From positions 42,004 to 74,003 of the forward strand of contig NZ_PMZU01000026.1 in assembly GCF_003170075.1 (NCBI RefSeq): a stretch of DNA of 32,000 nt. Direction: 5' to 3'. Position numbers and translations under genes: made by a program. The notes beneath the pieces were generated by a model. That model saw only the letters and a program-made list of their open reading frames with translations. It had not been told where the DNA came from and made no database searches. How positions within the stretch are numbered: position 1 is the first letter of the stretch; every line of letters starts with the position of its first letter. Below, one piece after another: positions 1 to 8,525 of this stretch. This DNA comes from Methanoregula sp. GTDB lineage: Archaea; Halobacteriota; Methanomicrobia; Methanomicrobiales; Methanospirillaceae.

Positions 1-749
1 TCATCGGCTTTGCAGTAGCCGGAGATCCGGACCAGAAAACGTCCGTCCGCATCGCACGGGCGCTCATTGACGGCGGGGCGGACATCCTCGAACTGGGAGT
101 TCCGTTCTCGGACCCGGTCGCGGACGGACCGACTATCCAGCGTGCAGACGACCGGGCGCTTGCTGCCGGTACCACGCCCGATACGATCTTTGCAATTGTC
201 CGGGAAGTCCGTGCCCATTCCACCGTGCCGATCGTCTTACTCTCGTATTATAATACGATCTACCGGAGGGGGATCGAACGGTTTTACCGCGAAGCACACG
301 AAGCCGGCGTTGACGGTATCCTCGTGGCCGATATGCCGGTCGAGGAATCAAAGGAAGTGGTTGAGATCGCCGGAAAATACAAGATCGACCCGATCTTCCT
401 TATCACGCAGACCACGTCCGATGAACGCATGGACGCAATCGTGCGCCAAGCACGCGGGTACCTCTACCTTGTCTCGGTACTCGGTGTCACGGGCGCACGA
501 AAGACCGTATCGCCCGAGGCTCTCGCTCTCCTGAACCGGGTCCGCACGCACACGACGCTCCCGCTTGCCCTCGGGTTTGGGATCTCGACACCGGCCCACG
601 TAACGACATGCACGAAAGCAGGCGCCGATGGCGTGATAGTTGGAAGTGCCATTGTGGATATCGTGGAAAAACATCTCGGTGACCTGAATGCGATGGAATC
701 TGCGCTCAGGCAGTACGTCGCCCGCATGAAAATGGCGGCAGGGACCTGA
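1..749 (+). CDS. trpA: Tryptophan synthase alpha subunit, 5'-truncated by window edge
   Basis: Frame starting at nt 3 reads IGFAVAGDPDQKTSVRIARALIDGGADILELGVPFSDPVADGPTIQRAD... and continues into ORF 225..749 (LGFGISTPAHV...GADGVIVGSAIV). These are classic TrpA motifs. Confidence 0.97.
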   Translation, partial: IGFAVAGDPDQKTSVRIARALIDGGADILELGVPFSDPVADGPTIQRADDRALAAGTTPDTIFAIVREVRAHSTVPIVLLSYYNTIYRRGIERFYREAHEAGVDGILVADMPVEESKEVVEIAGKYKIDPIFLITQTTSDERMDAIVRQARGYLYLVSVLGVTGARKTVSPEALALLNRVRTHTTLPLALGFGISTPAHVTTCTKAGADGVIVGSAIVDIVEKHLGDLNAMESALRQYVARMKMAAGT

Positions 750-835
750 CCGGCGGCATGTTCGCGGATGGAACCGGGATAACTAATCCGATCTTTTTTT
801 AACACGTGCCGGTAAACGTCTATCCGGTCAGGATT

Positions 836-1351
836 ATGGCTAGAACCTATGTATTTCTTATTCTGGGCCTCTGCCTCGTCGCCGGCATCATCAGTGCCGG
901 CTGTACCCAGCAGTCCACACAGGCATCGGCAACAACCACAACACCAACATCGCAGGTAACCGTATCTGGACAGGCCGGTCTGGCAAACCCGGCCTCGGTC
1001 AACTGCGGAAGTATCGGCGGCACCACTGAGATCAAAAAGAACGCTGACGGCAGCGAGTACGGTATGTGTACCTTTACCAACGGTACAACCTGCGAGGAGT
1101 GGGCGCTCTTCCGGGGTGAGGGATGCAAGGCCGGTGCTAAAGTAAACACGACACCAACCGGCGCCCCGTCCAACCAGACCGGCATCGCGAACCCGGCATC
1201 TGTCAACTGCGTGAACCTCGGCGGCACCCTTGAGATCAAGGACAGCGCAGCCGGCCAGTACGGCATGTGCACCTTTAAGAACGGTACAACCTGCGAGGAG
1301 TGGGCGCTTTTCCGCGGGGAAGGCTGCAAGGCCGCGAACGTGACCGCATAA
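836..1351 (+). CDS. Putative secreted lipoprotein with two tandem DUF333-like repeats
   Basis: MARTYVFLILGLCLVAGIISAGCTQQS signal/lipobox, then two near-identical units ANPASVNC..GG..EIK...YGMCTF.NGTTCEEWALFRGEGCKA. The ATG at 836 suits the signal peptide better than the GTG at 806. Confidence 0.8.
   Translation: MARTYVFLILGLCLVAGIISAGCTQQSTQASATTTTPTSQVTVSGQAGLANPASVNCGSIGGTTEIKKNADGSEYGMCTFTNGTTCEEWALFRGEGCKAGAKVNTTPTGAPSNQTGIANPASVNCVNLGGTLEIKDSAAGQYGMCTFKNGTTCEEWALFRGEGCKAANVTA
980..1333 (+). repeat. Internal tandem duplication of the DUF333-like unit (980-1132 and 1184-1333)
   Basis: Translated copies: LANPASVNCGSIGGTTEIKKNADGSEYGMCTFTNGTTCEEWALFRGEGCKA and IANPASVNCVNLGGTLEIKDSAAGQYGMCTFKNGTTCEEWALFRGEGCKA. 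Confidence 0.85.
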
Positions 1352-1365
1352 GCAGGATCAAATTC

Positions 1366-1374
1366 TTTTTTTTT
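1366..1374 (+). terminator. Possible archaeal T-tract terminator downstream of the lipoprotein gene
   Basis: T9 run directly after the stop region (aattcTTTTTTTTTctgc). Confidence 0.4.
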
Positions 1375-1478
1375 CTGCACTCTGTTGTACAAGATGCATC
1401 CTGCCTCTGCCACTATCCCTGTTTTTATTCTGGTGTGTCGTAAGATTCCAATAAAAATCCAACTTAGCAAATTTTATT

Positions 1479-1498
1479 TACTTTTGTAAAGTATACTT
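1479..1498 (+). promoter_or_regulatory. Overlapping dyads upstream of cbiM, candidate operator/promoter
   Basis: TACTTT-TGT-AAAGTA (1479-1493) overlaps the perfect palindrome AAGTATACTT (1489-1498), just upstream of GGAG and the ATG at 1512. Confidence 0.4.
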
Positions 1499-1511
1499 GA
1501 GGAGTGATGTA

Positions 1512-2228
1512 ATGCATATCATGGAAGGATTCTTACCCTGGCAATGGTGCCTCGTGTGGTGGCTTATCGCTATCCCGTTCCTTGTTATGGGAGTTATCGA
1601 ACTCAAATCTCTGTTGCGCAAAGACCGGGAATATCTCCCGCTGCTTGGCGTGTGCGGGGCGTTCATCTTCATACTGTCCGCACTCAAACTCCCTTCAGTA
1701 ACCGGTAGTTGTTCCCACCCGACCGGTACCGGGCTTTCGGTCATGTGTTTCAAGCCCTATATCACCGCGGTAATTGGTTTTATTGTGCTGCTGTTCCAGG
1801 CGCTCCTGCTCGCTCACGGCGGGTTGTCCACGCTGGGAGCCAACATGGTTTCAATGGCAATCGGCGGCCCCCTTGTCGGCTATGCTGTGTACAAACTCCT
1901 GAAAAATACCTCGGTTAATATCTACGTCACCGTGTTCTGCGTAGCGGCAGTGGCGGATATTGTCACGTACATCATCACATCCTTCGAACTTGCCCTCGCG
2001 TACCCGGCTGAGGTCGGGGGAGTTATGGCTTCGTTTACCGCATTCTTTGCGATATTTGCGATTACCCAGGTCCCGCTCTCAATTATCGAAGGACTCGTTC
2101 TTGCGCTGGTCTTCAAGTATATCATCCAGCTCAAACCGGATCTCATTGAGAAACTGGGCGTATTCTCGAAAGAGCAGATTGAATCCGCGCTCGGGACAAA
2201 GACAAATGATCCCCCAGAAAAGGTGTAA
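1512..2228 (+). CDS. cbiM: Cobalt ECF transporter S component CbiM
   Basis: MHIMEGFLPWQWCLVWWLIAIPFLVMG... is the conserved CbiM N-terminus (MHIMEGFLP). Multiple TM segments; followed by cbiN, cbiQ and cbiO. Confidence 0.97.
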   Translation: MHIMEGFLPWQWCLVWWLIAIPFLVMGVIELKSLLRKDREYLPLLGVCGAFIFILSALKLPSVTGSCSHPTGTGLSVMCFKPYITAVIGFIVLLFQALLLAHGGLSTLGANMVSMAIGGPLVGYAVYKLLKNTSVNIYVTVFCVAAVADIVTYIITSFELALAYPAEVGGVMASFTAFFAIFAITQVPLSIIEGLVLALVFKYIIQLKPDLIEKLGVFSKEQIESALGTKTNDPPEKV

Positions 2229-2230
2229 TT

Positions 2231-2539
2231 ATGTTCGAGAACAGAAAACTTGAGATACTCACGTTGATTGGCCTTTTCACGTTTGTGGTACTCTTTATGA
2301 TAGTCAGCGGCCAGTCGGGCCATGCATTTTCCGGGTCGGATGATGTCGGATCGGAAAAGATTGCAGAGCTGACCGGCAAACCGGTCGAATCCTTTACACC
2401 CCTTATTCCCCAGTATGTGCCGCCAAGCGGCGAGATTGAATCGACCCTCTTTGCGCTCCAGGCAACCTTTGGGGGAGTTGTGGTCGGACTGGTGATCGGG
2501 TACTGGTACGGACAGAAAAGACGTCCCCTCAATTCCTGA
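2231..2539 (+). CDS. cbiN: Cobalt transport protein CbiN
   Basis: Short protein with two TMs and the FSGSDDVGSEKIAEL...PQYVPPSGEIESTLFALQATFGG CbiN signature; position between cbiM and cbiQ. Confidence 0.93.
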   Translation: MFENRKLEILTLIGLFTFVVLFMIVSGQSGHAFSGSDDVGSEKIAELTGKPVESFTPLIPQYVPPSGEIESTLFALQATFGGVVVGLVIGYWYGQKRRPLNS

Positions 2540-2545
2540 TAACTC

Positions 2546-3340
2546 ATGTTTGAAACGCTGCTGGACAATATCGCACAAAATAGTACATTCCGGCACATCC
2601 ACCCGGGAACCAAAATCCTCCTTGGTCTTGGTTCCCTTCTTATCTGTCTTGTATCCCCTACACCGGTTGTTCCGCTGATTTCGGGGATTATACTCAGTCT
2701 GGTCCTTTTAATTCCTGCACGTATATCCCCGCTCGTGTACGGGGAGCTCCTTATTGCACCGGCCATATTTACAGCCTGTAGTATCATCGTCCTTTTATTC
2801 ATGCTTGGCGGTGGCGATGTTATCTGGCGTTTTTCCCCGGTTTCGTGGATCAATCTCACGATCACGGACAACGCTGTCAGGCACGCCATCCTCATACTTT
2901 TCCGGGTATTCGGGTGTACGATCTCGCTCTTCTTTATTGCGCTGACCACCCCTATGACGGATCTCTTCAATATCATGAAACGGTGCAGGATTCCTGTCGA
3001 ACTGATCGATCTGATGATGATCATGTACCGGTATATCTTTATCACCTACGAACAGGCCCGCGAGATCTGGCAGGCACAAATCATGCGTCTTGGGTACAGC
3101 AGGGTAAAAGAGTCAATCCGTTCATTCTCCATGCTCTGCGGGATGCTCTTCATCTCCAGCTGGATCGCCGGAGAGGGGCTTATTCACGCGATGGACTGCC
3201 GGTGCTATGATGGGATCATGCCTTCGCTGGATCCGGCGGAACCTGTGCAGATGCAGTCACTTTTCCCGGCCCTTCTCTACCTTGCCGGGCTGATCGCTGT
3301 TCTGCTGATGATAACAACAGGAGTTGTGGTAATACCATGA
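2546..3340 (+). CDS. cbiQ: Cobalt ECF transporter T component CbiQ
   Basis: Polytopic membrane protein in canonical order; MKRCRIPVELIDLMMIMYRYIF and EQAREIWQAQIMRLGYSRVK coupling-helix-type motifs. Confidence 0.95.
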   Translation: MFETLLDNIAQNSTFRHIHPGTKILLGLGSLLICLVSPTPVVPLISGIILSLVLLIPARISPLVYGELLIAPAIFTACSIIVLLFMLGGGDVIWRFSPVSWINLTITDNAVRHAILILFRVFGCTISLFFIALTTPMTDLFNIMKRCRIPVELIDLMMIMYRYIFITYEQAREIWQAQIMRLGYSRVKESIRSFSMLCGMLFISSWIAGEGLIHAMDCRCYDGIMPSLDPAEPVQMQSLFPALLYLAGLIAVLLMITTGVVVIP

Positions 3341-4569
3341 AAATCATACTTGAAGCACGGGATGTCAGGTACCGGTACCCGGGAAGCCCGGATGCAATCA
3401 AAGGGATCAGTTTCCATATCCGCCCCGGAGAGAAAATTGCGCTTGTCGGTCCGAATGGAGCCGGCAAGTCCACGCTCCTGCAGATGTTCAACGGCATGAT
3501 CCGGCCGGACTCCGGGATCATGCTCATTGACAGCCAGCCGATCCGGTACGACAGATCATCACTACGCCAGCTCCGGAAACGTGTAGGGTACGTGCTACAG
3601 AATTCGGATCGCCAGATCATTGCCCCGACCGTATACCAGGATGTTGCGTTTGGCCCGGCAAACCTTGGGTATGATGACCAGGCCATCCGGAACGCGGTTG
3701 CGCTTGCACTCCGCCAGGTTGGCCTTGAGGGATTTGAACGGCGCCCGCCCCACCATCTCTCCGGTGGGGAGAAGAAACGGGTTGCAATCGCCGGCGTGCT
3801 GGCAATGGATCCGGATGTACTGGTATTCGACGAGCCGACCAGCGGTCTTGATCCTTCCGGTTCGGAAGATCTCATGGAACTGCTTGACGAACTGAACCAT
3901 GACGGTAAGACCATAATAATCTCCACCCATGATGTCGAACTTGCGTACCCGTGGGCTGAACGGGCAATCCTCCTCTTAAACGGGAGGATCCTTGAGGAGG
4001 ATGTGCCGGACGTGGCATTCGGGAATCTTGACCATGTCCGTATGGCGCACCTCTCTGTCCCTACTCTCCTCGAACTCTCGCAGGAACTCGGGCGGCGCGG
4101 GTTTGCGCAGCCGGAACGAAAACCACGCAGTGTCCTCGACATGATCAACATTATTGAGAGTCTGCTCCATCGTTCCGGCAATAACACCCGGATGGGCACC
4201 ATCTCGGTCTGCAATGTTGACGAGCAGGAGACGGCACCGCTCTCCGCATGGGTTAAAATCCGCCCGGGCCTCTCTGTCGGGGCGATGGGTACACGTGCGA
4301 AGCAGTGCGCCGCACGGGAACAGCTTGCCCTTGAGTTCACCTACGGTGTTATCGATAAGTGTATTCTGCGTGCACTGCGGGGGCAGGATTCCCTGATCCT
4401 GACCACCGGCAGCATGGTTAGCCGGGTCGCTGTCCGGGTGGAGGCGTACTGCCGGGAGAGCGGCAACACCATCAGCGTGATCTCTCTGAACACTACGAAC
4501 CACCCCTCAGTAAAGGGGCTTATAAACGAGGAAGTCCGACAGAATGATCCCTCCTGCCAAAAACCATGA
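3337..4569 (+). CDS. cbiO: Cobalt ECF transporter ATPase CbiO with a long C-terminal extension
   Basis: Walker A GPNGAGKST, signature LSGGEKKRVAIAG, Walker B VLVFDEPTSGLD. The 410-aa length includes a roughly 120-130 aa non-ABC C-terminus. Overlaps the cbiQ stop by 4 nt. Confidence 0.95.
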   Translation: MKIILEARDVRYRYPGSPDAIKGISFHIRPGEKIALVGPNGAGKSTLLQMFNGMIRPDSGIMLIDSQPIRYDRSSLRQLRKRVGYVLQNSDRQIIAPTVYQDVAFGPANLGYDDQAIRNAVALALRQVGLEGFERRPPHHLSGGEKKRVAIAGVLAMDPDVLVFDEPTSGLDPSGSEDLMELLDELNHDGKTIIISTHDVELAYPWAERAILLLNGRILEEDVPDVAFGNLDHVRMAHLSVPTLLELSQELGRRGFAQPERKPRSVLDMINIIESLLHRSGNNTRMGTISVCNVDEQETAPLSAWVKIRPGLSVGAMGTRAKQCAAREQLALEFTYGVIDKCILRALRGQDSLILTTGSMVSRVAVRVEAYCRESGNTISVISLNTTNHPSVKGLINEEVRQNDPSCQKP

Positions 4570-4660
4570 ACGTCATGAAGATAACGACCATGATCATGGC
4601 CATTTCCATGAACGTGATCAGGGGAAGGCCATGATGACTATCGTGTTCCGGTTAACCTGA
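4544..4660 (+). CDS. Candidate 38-aa His/Asp-rich metal-binding peptide overlapping the 3' end of cbiO
   Basis: Manual translation in the frame offset from cbiO: MIPPAKNHERHEDNDHDHGHFHERDQGKAMMTIVFRLT*. It was too short for the supplied ORF track. Confidence 0.4.
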   Translation: MIPPAKNHERHEDNDHDHGHFHERDQGKAMMTIVFRLT

Positions 4661-5000
4661 AATTTCATAGTACCTTCCTTTTAAAAATCCGGCCATAGCG
4701 GCCTTTTGACAGCCGGTCTTCCTGTTTTTGACCTGCAGGATGATGCCATTTTTGCCACTGCAAGAACACCGCTAAAGTGCAAAATTTTTCCTGTTTTGAC
4801 CAAGAATTTTCCCAAAATACCTACGTCTAACCGGGTTATTTATCGCGGTGGACACCACTCCCCTCCCGGCATGTTCACCAGTCCGGGACTCTTGCAATCA
4901 GAGCCTGGATTACGCCCGGATTTGCAGGGATCTGCCGGTATCCTGTAACCTCCCCCACAAAACAAGCCTTAATACCTCAACACAACAAAATTTTCAGAAG

Positions 5001-5543
5001 ATGGTCAACACAATGCCTGCCGGCGGGCCGACACATGACGAAGTGATGGCGATCTCTCTGTTCAAGATGGAACTCAGGAACGGAGATACCATGCTCGATC
5101 TCGGGTGCGGGACCGGTAAGGTTTCGATCGCTGCTGCCAGGCTTGCGAAAAAAGTGTATGCAGTCGACCGGCGCCCGGAAGCGATCACCTATGCATCGGA
5201 TGCGGCAAAACATGCCGGCGTAACAAATATCGAATTTTATTCCGGGGAAGCTGCCGGTTTTCTTGCGACCGCCCCGGTCGTTGACTGTGCATTTGTGGGG
5301 GGATCGCAGCAGATCGAAACGATCCTGCCGGTACTTTCCCGCAAAGTCCGTCGGGTCATTGTCGTCAATGCCGTCCTTGTGAGCACCCTTGCGACCGTGA
5401 CTGCGACCATGCAGCGCCTCGGGATCTTCCGTGAGGCCGTGCACGTGCAGGTTTCCCGCTCGTACCCGCTCGGGCAGAGCATAATGTTCAAGCCGATCGA
5501 TCCGGTGTATATAATCGTGGGATCAGGTGCTGCATGCTCGTAG
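5001..5543 (+). CDS. cbiT: Cobalt-precorrin-6B decarboxylating methyltransferase CbiT
   Basis: MPAGGPTHDEVMAISLFKMELRNGDTMLDLGCGTGKVSIAAA: CbiT N-terminus plus class I SAM motif; flanked by other cbi genes. Confidence 0.93.
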   Translation: MVNTMPAGGPTHDEVMAISLFKMELRNGDTMLDLGCGTGKVSIAAARLAKKVYAVDRRPEAITYASDAAKHAGVTNIEFYSGEAAGFLATAPVVDCAFVGGSQQIETILPVLSRKVRRVIVVNAVLVSTLATVTATMQRLGIFREAVHVQVSRSYPLGQSIMFKPIDPVYIIVGSGAACS

Positions 5544-6139
5544 GCCTTGGCCTCGGCCCGGGAAACCCGGAACTACTCACGCTCCGGGCAGTCCGGCTCT
5601 TAAAAGAGGCCGACACCATTTTTGTCCCGGGCCGGATCGCCGCGGATCTTGTCGCACCGTACGGCGATGCCGTGATGCTCGATTTTCCTATGACCGACAA
5701 CGAGGAAAAGATCCGGTCGTGTCTCGAAGCGAATGCAGAAAAGATCGCACCGGTCGCACAAAACGGCCTTGCGGTGTTCGGGATCCTCGGTGACCCAAAC
5801 TTTTTCTCCACGTTCTCGCGGCTCTGCGGGATCATCGCGGAGCGCTATCCGGGTATTGAATACCGGACCGAGCCCGGGATCAGTTCAATCACGGCGTTTG
5901 CATCTGCCGCACATGTCCCGCTCACCGGGGGTTTTGTCGTATCCGATGGCGCAGAACCTTCGGCCCTCATCCGGCTCAAGGCCCGGCACCCTCAGGAGAT
6001 CATCGCCGGTCTCAAGGCAGAAGGATACCGGGAGTTTGTCCTTGTCGAGCGGATGTTTTTCCCCGACATGAAAGTGTACCGCGATGATGAGATTCCAAAA
6101 AAGAGCGATTACATGAGCGTGCTGTACGCGAGGCGCTGA
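5534..6139 (+). CDS. cbiL: Cobalt-precorrin-2 C20-methyltransferase CbiL
   Basis: MLVGLGLGPGNPELLTLRAVRLLKEADTIFVPG, tetrapyrrole methylase fold with CbiL-type FPMT and LGDPNFFSTFSR. Confidence 0.93.
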   Translation: MLVGLGLGPGNPELLTLRAVRLLKEADTIFVPGRIAADLVAPYGDAVMLDFPMTDNEEKIRSCLEANAEKIAPVAQNGLAVFGILGDPNFFSTFSRLCGIIAERYPGIEYRTEPGISSITAFASAAHVPLTGGFVVSDGAEPSALIRLKARHPQEIIAGLKAEGYREFVLVERMFFPDMKVYRDDEIPKKSDYMSVLYARR

Positions 6140-6140
6140 C

Positions 6141-6884
6141 ATGGTACAAAAACCTGCAAAGAGTACGAGCACAAAAGTCTGGTTCGTAGGCGCCGGCCCC
6201 GGAGACCCGGAGCTGATCACGGTCAAAGGGCACAACCTTGTCAAAAATGCCGATGTCCTGATCTATGCCGGATCGCTCGTCAACCCGGCACTGGTTGCGG
6301 GATCCGGCGCTGCGGTCAAACTTGACAGCTGGGGCATGCATCTCGATGACATAGTCGACACGATGGTGCAGCATGCGCAGGCCAGTAAAAACGTCGTACG
6401 GCTCCACTCGGGCGACCCGTCGCTCTACGGTGCGATTGTCGAACAGATCGAAAAACTTGAAGAGCGGGGCGTCGCGGTTGAAATCGTGCCCGGTGTCTCG
6501 TCCCTTTTTGCTGCGGCAGCAGCGCTCAGGACCCAACTCACGCTCCGGGGCGTATCCGAATCGGTTATCGTCACCAGGCCGGCAGGAAAGACACTCAAAG
6601 AAGATCAGATCGGGAAATTCTCGCGCCTCAATTCGACAATGGTCGTCTTCCTTGGCACGGAAAAACTCGGGGAGATAACAAAGAAACTTGCCTGCCCCAA
6701 GGACACGCCTGCCGCCGTCGTCTACCATGCCTCGTGGCCCGACCAGAAGATCGTCCGTGGCACCGTTGCCGATATCACAGCAAAGGCAAAGGATGCCGGG
6801 ATCGAACATACGGCGCTCCTTTTAATCGGCGGCGTTGTGGGACAAAAAAAGAAGGGCCACGTACCATCATACCTGTATTCATGA
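6141..6884 (+). CDS. cbiF: Cobalt-precorrin-4 C11-methyltransferase CbiF
   Basis: VWFVGAGPGDPELITVKGHNLVKNADVLIYAGSLVNP ... VRLHSGDPSLYGAIVEQ, strong CbiF/CobM signature. Confidence 0.95.
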   Translation: MVQKPAKSTSTKVWFVGAGPGDPELITVKGHNLVKNADVLIYAGSLVNPALVAGSGAAVKLDSWGMHLDDIVDTMVQHAQASKNVVRLHSGDPSLYGAIVEQIEKLEERGVAVEIVPGVSSLFAAAAALRTQLTLRGVSESVIVTRPAGKTLKEDQIGKFSRLNSTMVVFLGTEKLGEITKKLACPKDTPAAVVYHASWPDQKIVRGTVADITAKAKDAGIEHTALLLIGGVVGQKKKGHVPSYLYS

Positions 6885-7753
6885 CCGACACCGTGGTGAT
6901 CGCACTGCCCCGGTTTCTCCGGGACGCCAGACGGATTGCAGAATTCCTGGATGCGGATGTGCTGGAATACCGGACCGGGATTTTTGCCGAGGTTTTTCCC
7001 AAGGCCCGCCGGATTGTTGCGCTGATGTCCATGGGGATCGTGGTACGCGGCATCGCCCCGCTCATCAGGGACAAGTGGACCGACCCTGCCGTCGTTGTCG
7101 TGACCCCGGATTTTTCGTATGCGGTCCCGCTGCTCGGAGGACACCATGGGGCAAACGAGCTCGCAAAGGAACTTGCGGGCCTCGGGCTTGTCCCGGTGAT
7201 CTCTACGGCAACAGAAGCCACCGGCCTCGATTCGGTGGAAGCAATTGCCGGCCGGGCTGGCTGCGATATTGTCAACCGCGACTCGACCCGTGCGGTCAAT
7301 GCCGGGATCCTGGACGGCACGACAAAACTCTATTCCGTGCCCGGCCCGGCGATCGTAATCGCCGGCTCGGATGTTTCTCTGCTGGTGCACAAAGGGGATT
7401 ATGTGGTCGGCATCGGCTGCCGCAAAGGAGTTACGGCAGGAGAAGTTACCGAAGCTGTCCGTGCAGCTCTCGCTGAAGCCGGCATTGCACAAAAAGACGT
7501 GCAGCTCTTTGCGACCACGGCAAAAAAATGCGGTGAGACCGGTCTCATTAAAGGGATTGCCTCAATCCCTGCCAACTTAATATTCCTTGATGATGACACT
7601 ATTAACGCACAGACCACTACCACACCCTCGAAGGCAAAAAAGATCGGCCTCGTCGGGGTCGCCGAACCGTGTGCGCTTGCGGTCGGGAAACACCGGGAAC
7701 TCGTCATGAAAAAGAAGGTTTTTGGGAAGGTGACCATTGCCATCGCCCGATGA
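6881..7753 (+). CDS. cbiG: Cobalt-precorrin-5A hydrolase CbiG
   Basis: IVALMSMGIVVRGIAPLIRDKWTDPAVVVVTPDFSYAVPLLGGHHGANELA and VGIGCRKGV. ATG at 6881 overlaps the cbiF stop. Confidence 0.94.
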   Translation: MTDTVVIALPRFLRDARRIAEFLDADVLEYRTGIFAEVFPKARRIVALMSMGIVVRGIAPLIRDKWTDPAVVVVTPDFSYAVPLLGGHHGANELAKELAGLGLVPVISTATEATGLDSVEAIAGRAGCDIVNRDSTRAVNAGILDGTTKLYSVPGPAIVIAGSDVSLLVHKGDYVVGIGCRKGVTAGEVTEAVRAALAEAGIAQKDVQLFATTAKKCGETGLIKGIASIPANLIFLDDDTINAQTTTTPSKAKKIGLVGVAEPCALAVGKHRELVMKKKVFGKVTIAIAR

Positions 7754-8525
7754 GAGACAGACAAACGGTCTCTGGATCGTCGGGGTCGGGCCGGGACGGA
7801 TGGATTACATGACCGGCCGTGCAATTGACGCGATCTCCCGTGCCGACTACGTGATCGGAAACGACAGTTACCTTGAACCGCTCCGGCCGTTGCTTGCCGG
7901 GAAGCAGGTGATCCGGAGCTCGATGGGGAAAGAGGTCGAGCGGGCCAGAAAGGCGATCGAGCTTGCCCGGTCCCACGTGGTCGCGATCATCTCCGGCGGG
8001 GATGCAGGAGTCTACGGGATGGCCGGCATCGTCCTTGAGGTGCTCGAACATTCCGGTGCGACAATCCCGGTGGAGATTGTCCCGGGCGTTACTGCGGCAA
8101 ATGCCGGCGCATCGCTTGTCGGTTCGCCCCTCTCCGGGGATTTTGCCGTCATCAGCCTCTCGGACCTTCTCACGCCGCTTGAGGTGATCGAGAAACGCCT
8201 CGATGCTGTCTTCTCGGTCGGGATCCCGGTCGTGATCTACAATCCCCGGAGCCACGGCCGGCCGCACAATTTTGCGCTCGCGGTCGGGCACGCCCGGAAA
8301 TACTACCCGGCCACCGTTCCGGTTGCGGTGATAAAAAATGCCCTGCGCGAAGGACAGGCTGACCCGGTGATAACGACACTGGGGGAGATCGAGAGCGTCA
8401 TCGGAGAGATCGATATGCACACGACCGTTATTATCGGCGGGGACGAGAGCAGGATATGGAGGATGGGAAACGATGTCAAAGGAATCATCACGCCACGCGG
8501 ATACCACCACAAGTACGTATATTGA
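7737..8525 (+). CDS. cbiH: Cobalt-precorrin-3B C17-methyltransferase CbiH
   Basis: LWIVGVGPGRMDYMTGRAIDAISRADYVIGNDSYLE ... VAIISGGDAGVYGMAGIVLE; apparent TTG start at 7737. Confidence 0.93.
   Translation: MPSPDERQTNGLWIVGVGPGRMDYMTGRAIDAISRADYVIGNDSYLEPLRPLLAGKQVIRSSMGKEVERARKAIELARSHVVAIISGGDAGVYGMAGIVLEVLEHSGATIPVEIVPGVTAANAGASLVGSPLSGDFAVISLSDLLTPLEVIEKRLDAVFSVGIPVVIYNPRSHGRPHNFALAVGHARKYYPATVPVAVIKNALREGQADPVITTLGEIESVIGEIDMHTTVIIGGDESRIWRMGNDVKGIITPRGYHHKYVY

Noticed and set aside
67-534. 155-aa ORF overlapping trpA
   Set aside because: Arg/Ser-rich out-of-frame shadow of trpA.
3216-4340. 374-aa minus-strand ORF opposite cbiO
   Set aside because: Ser/Arg-rich composition with no motif; antisense shadow of a gene with complete ABC motifs.
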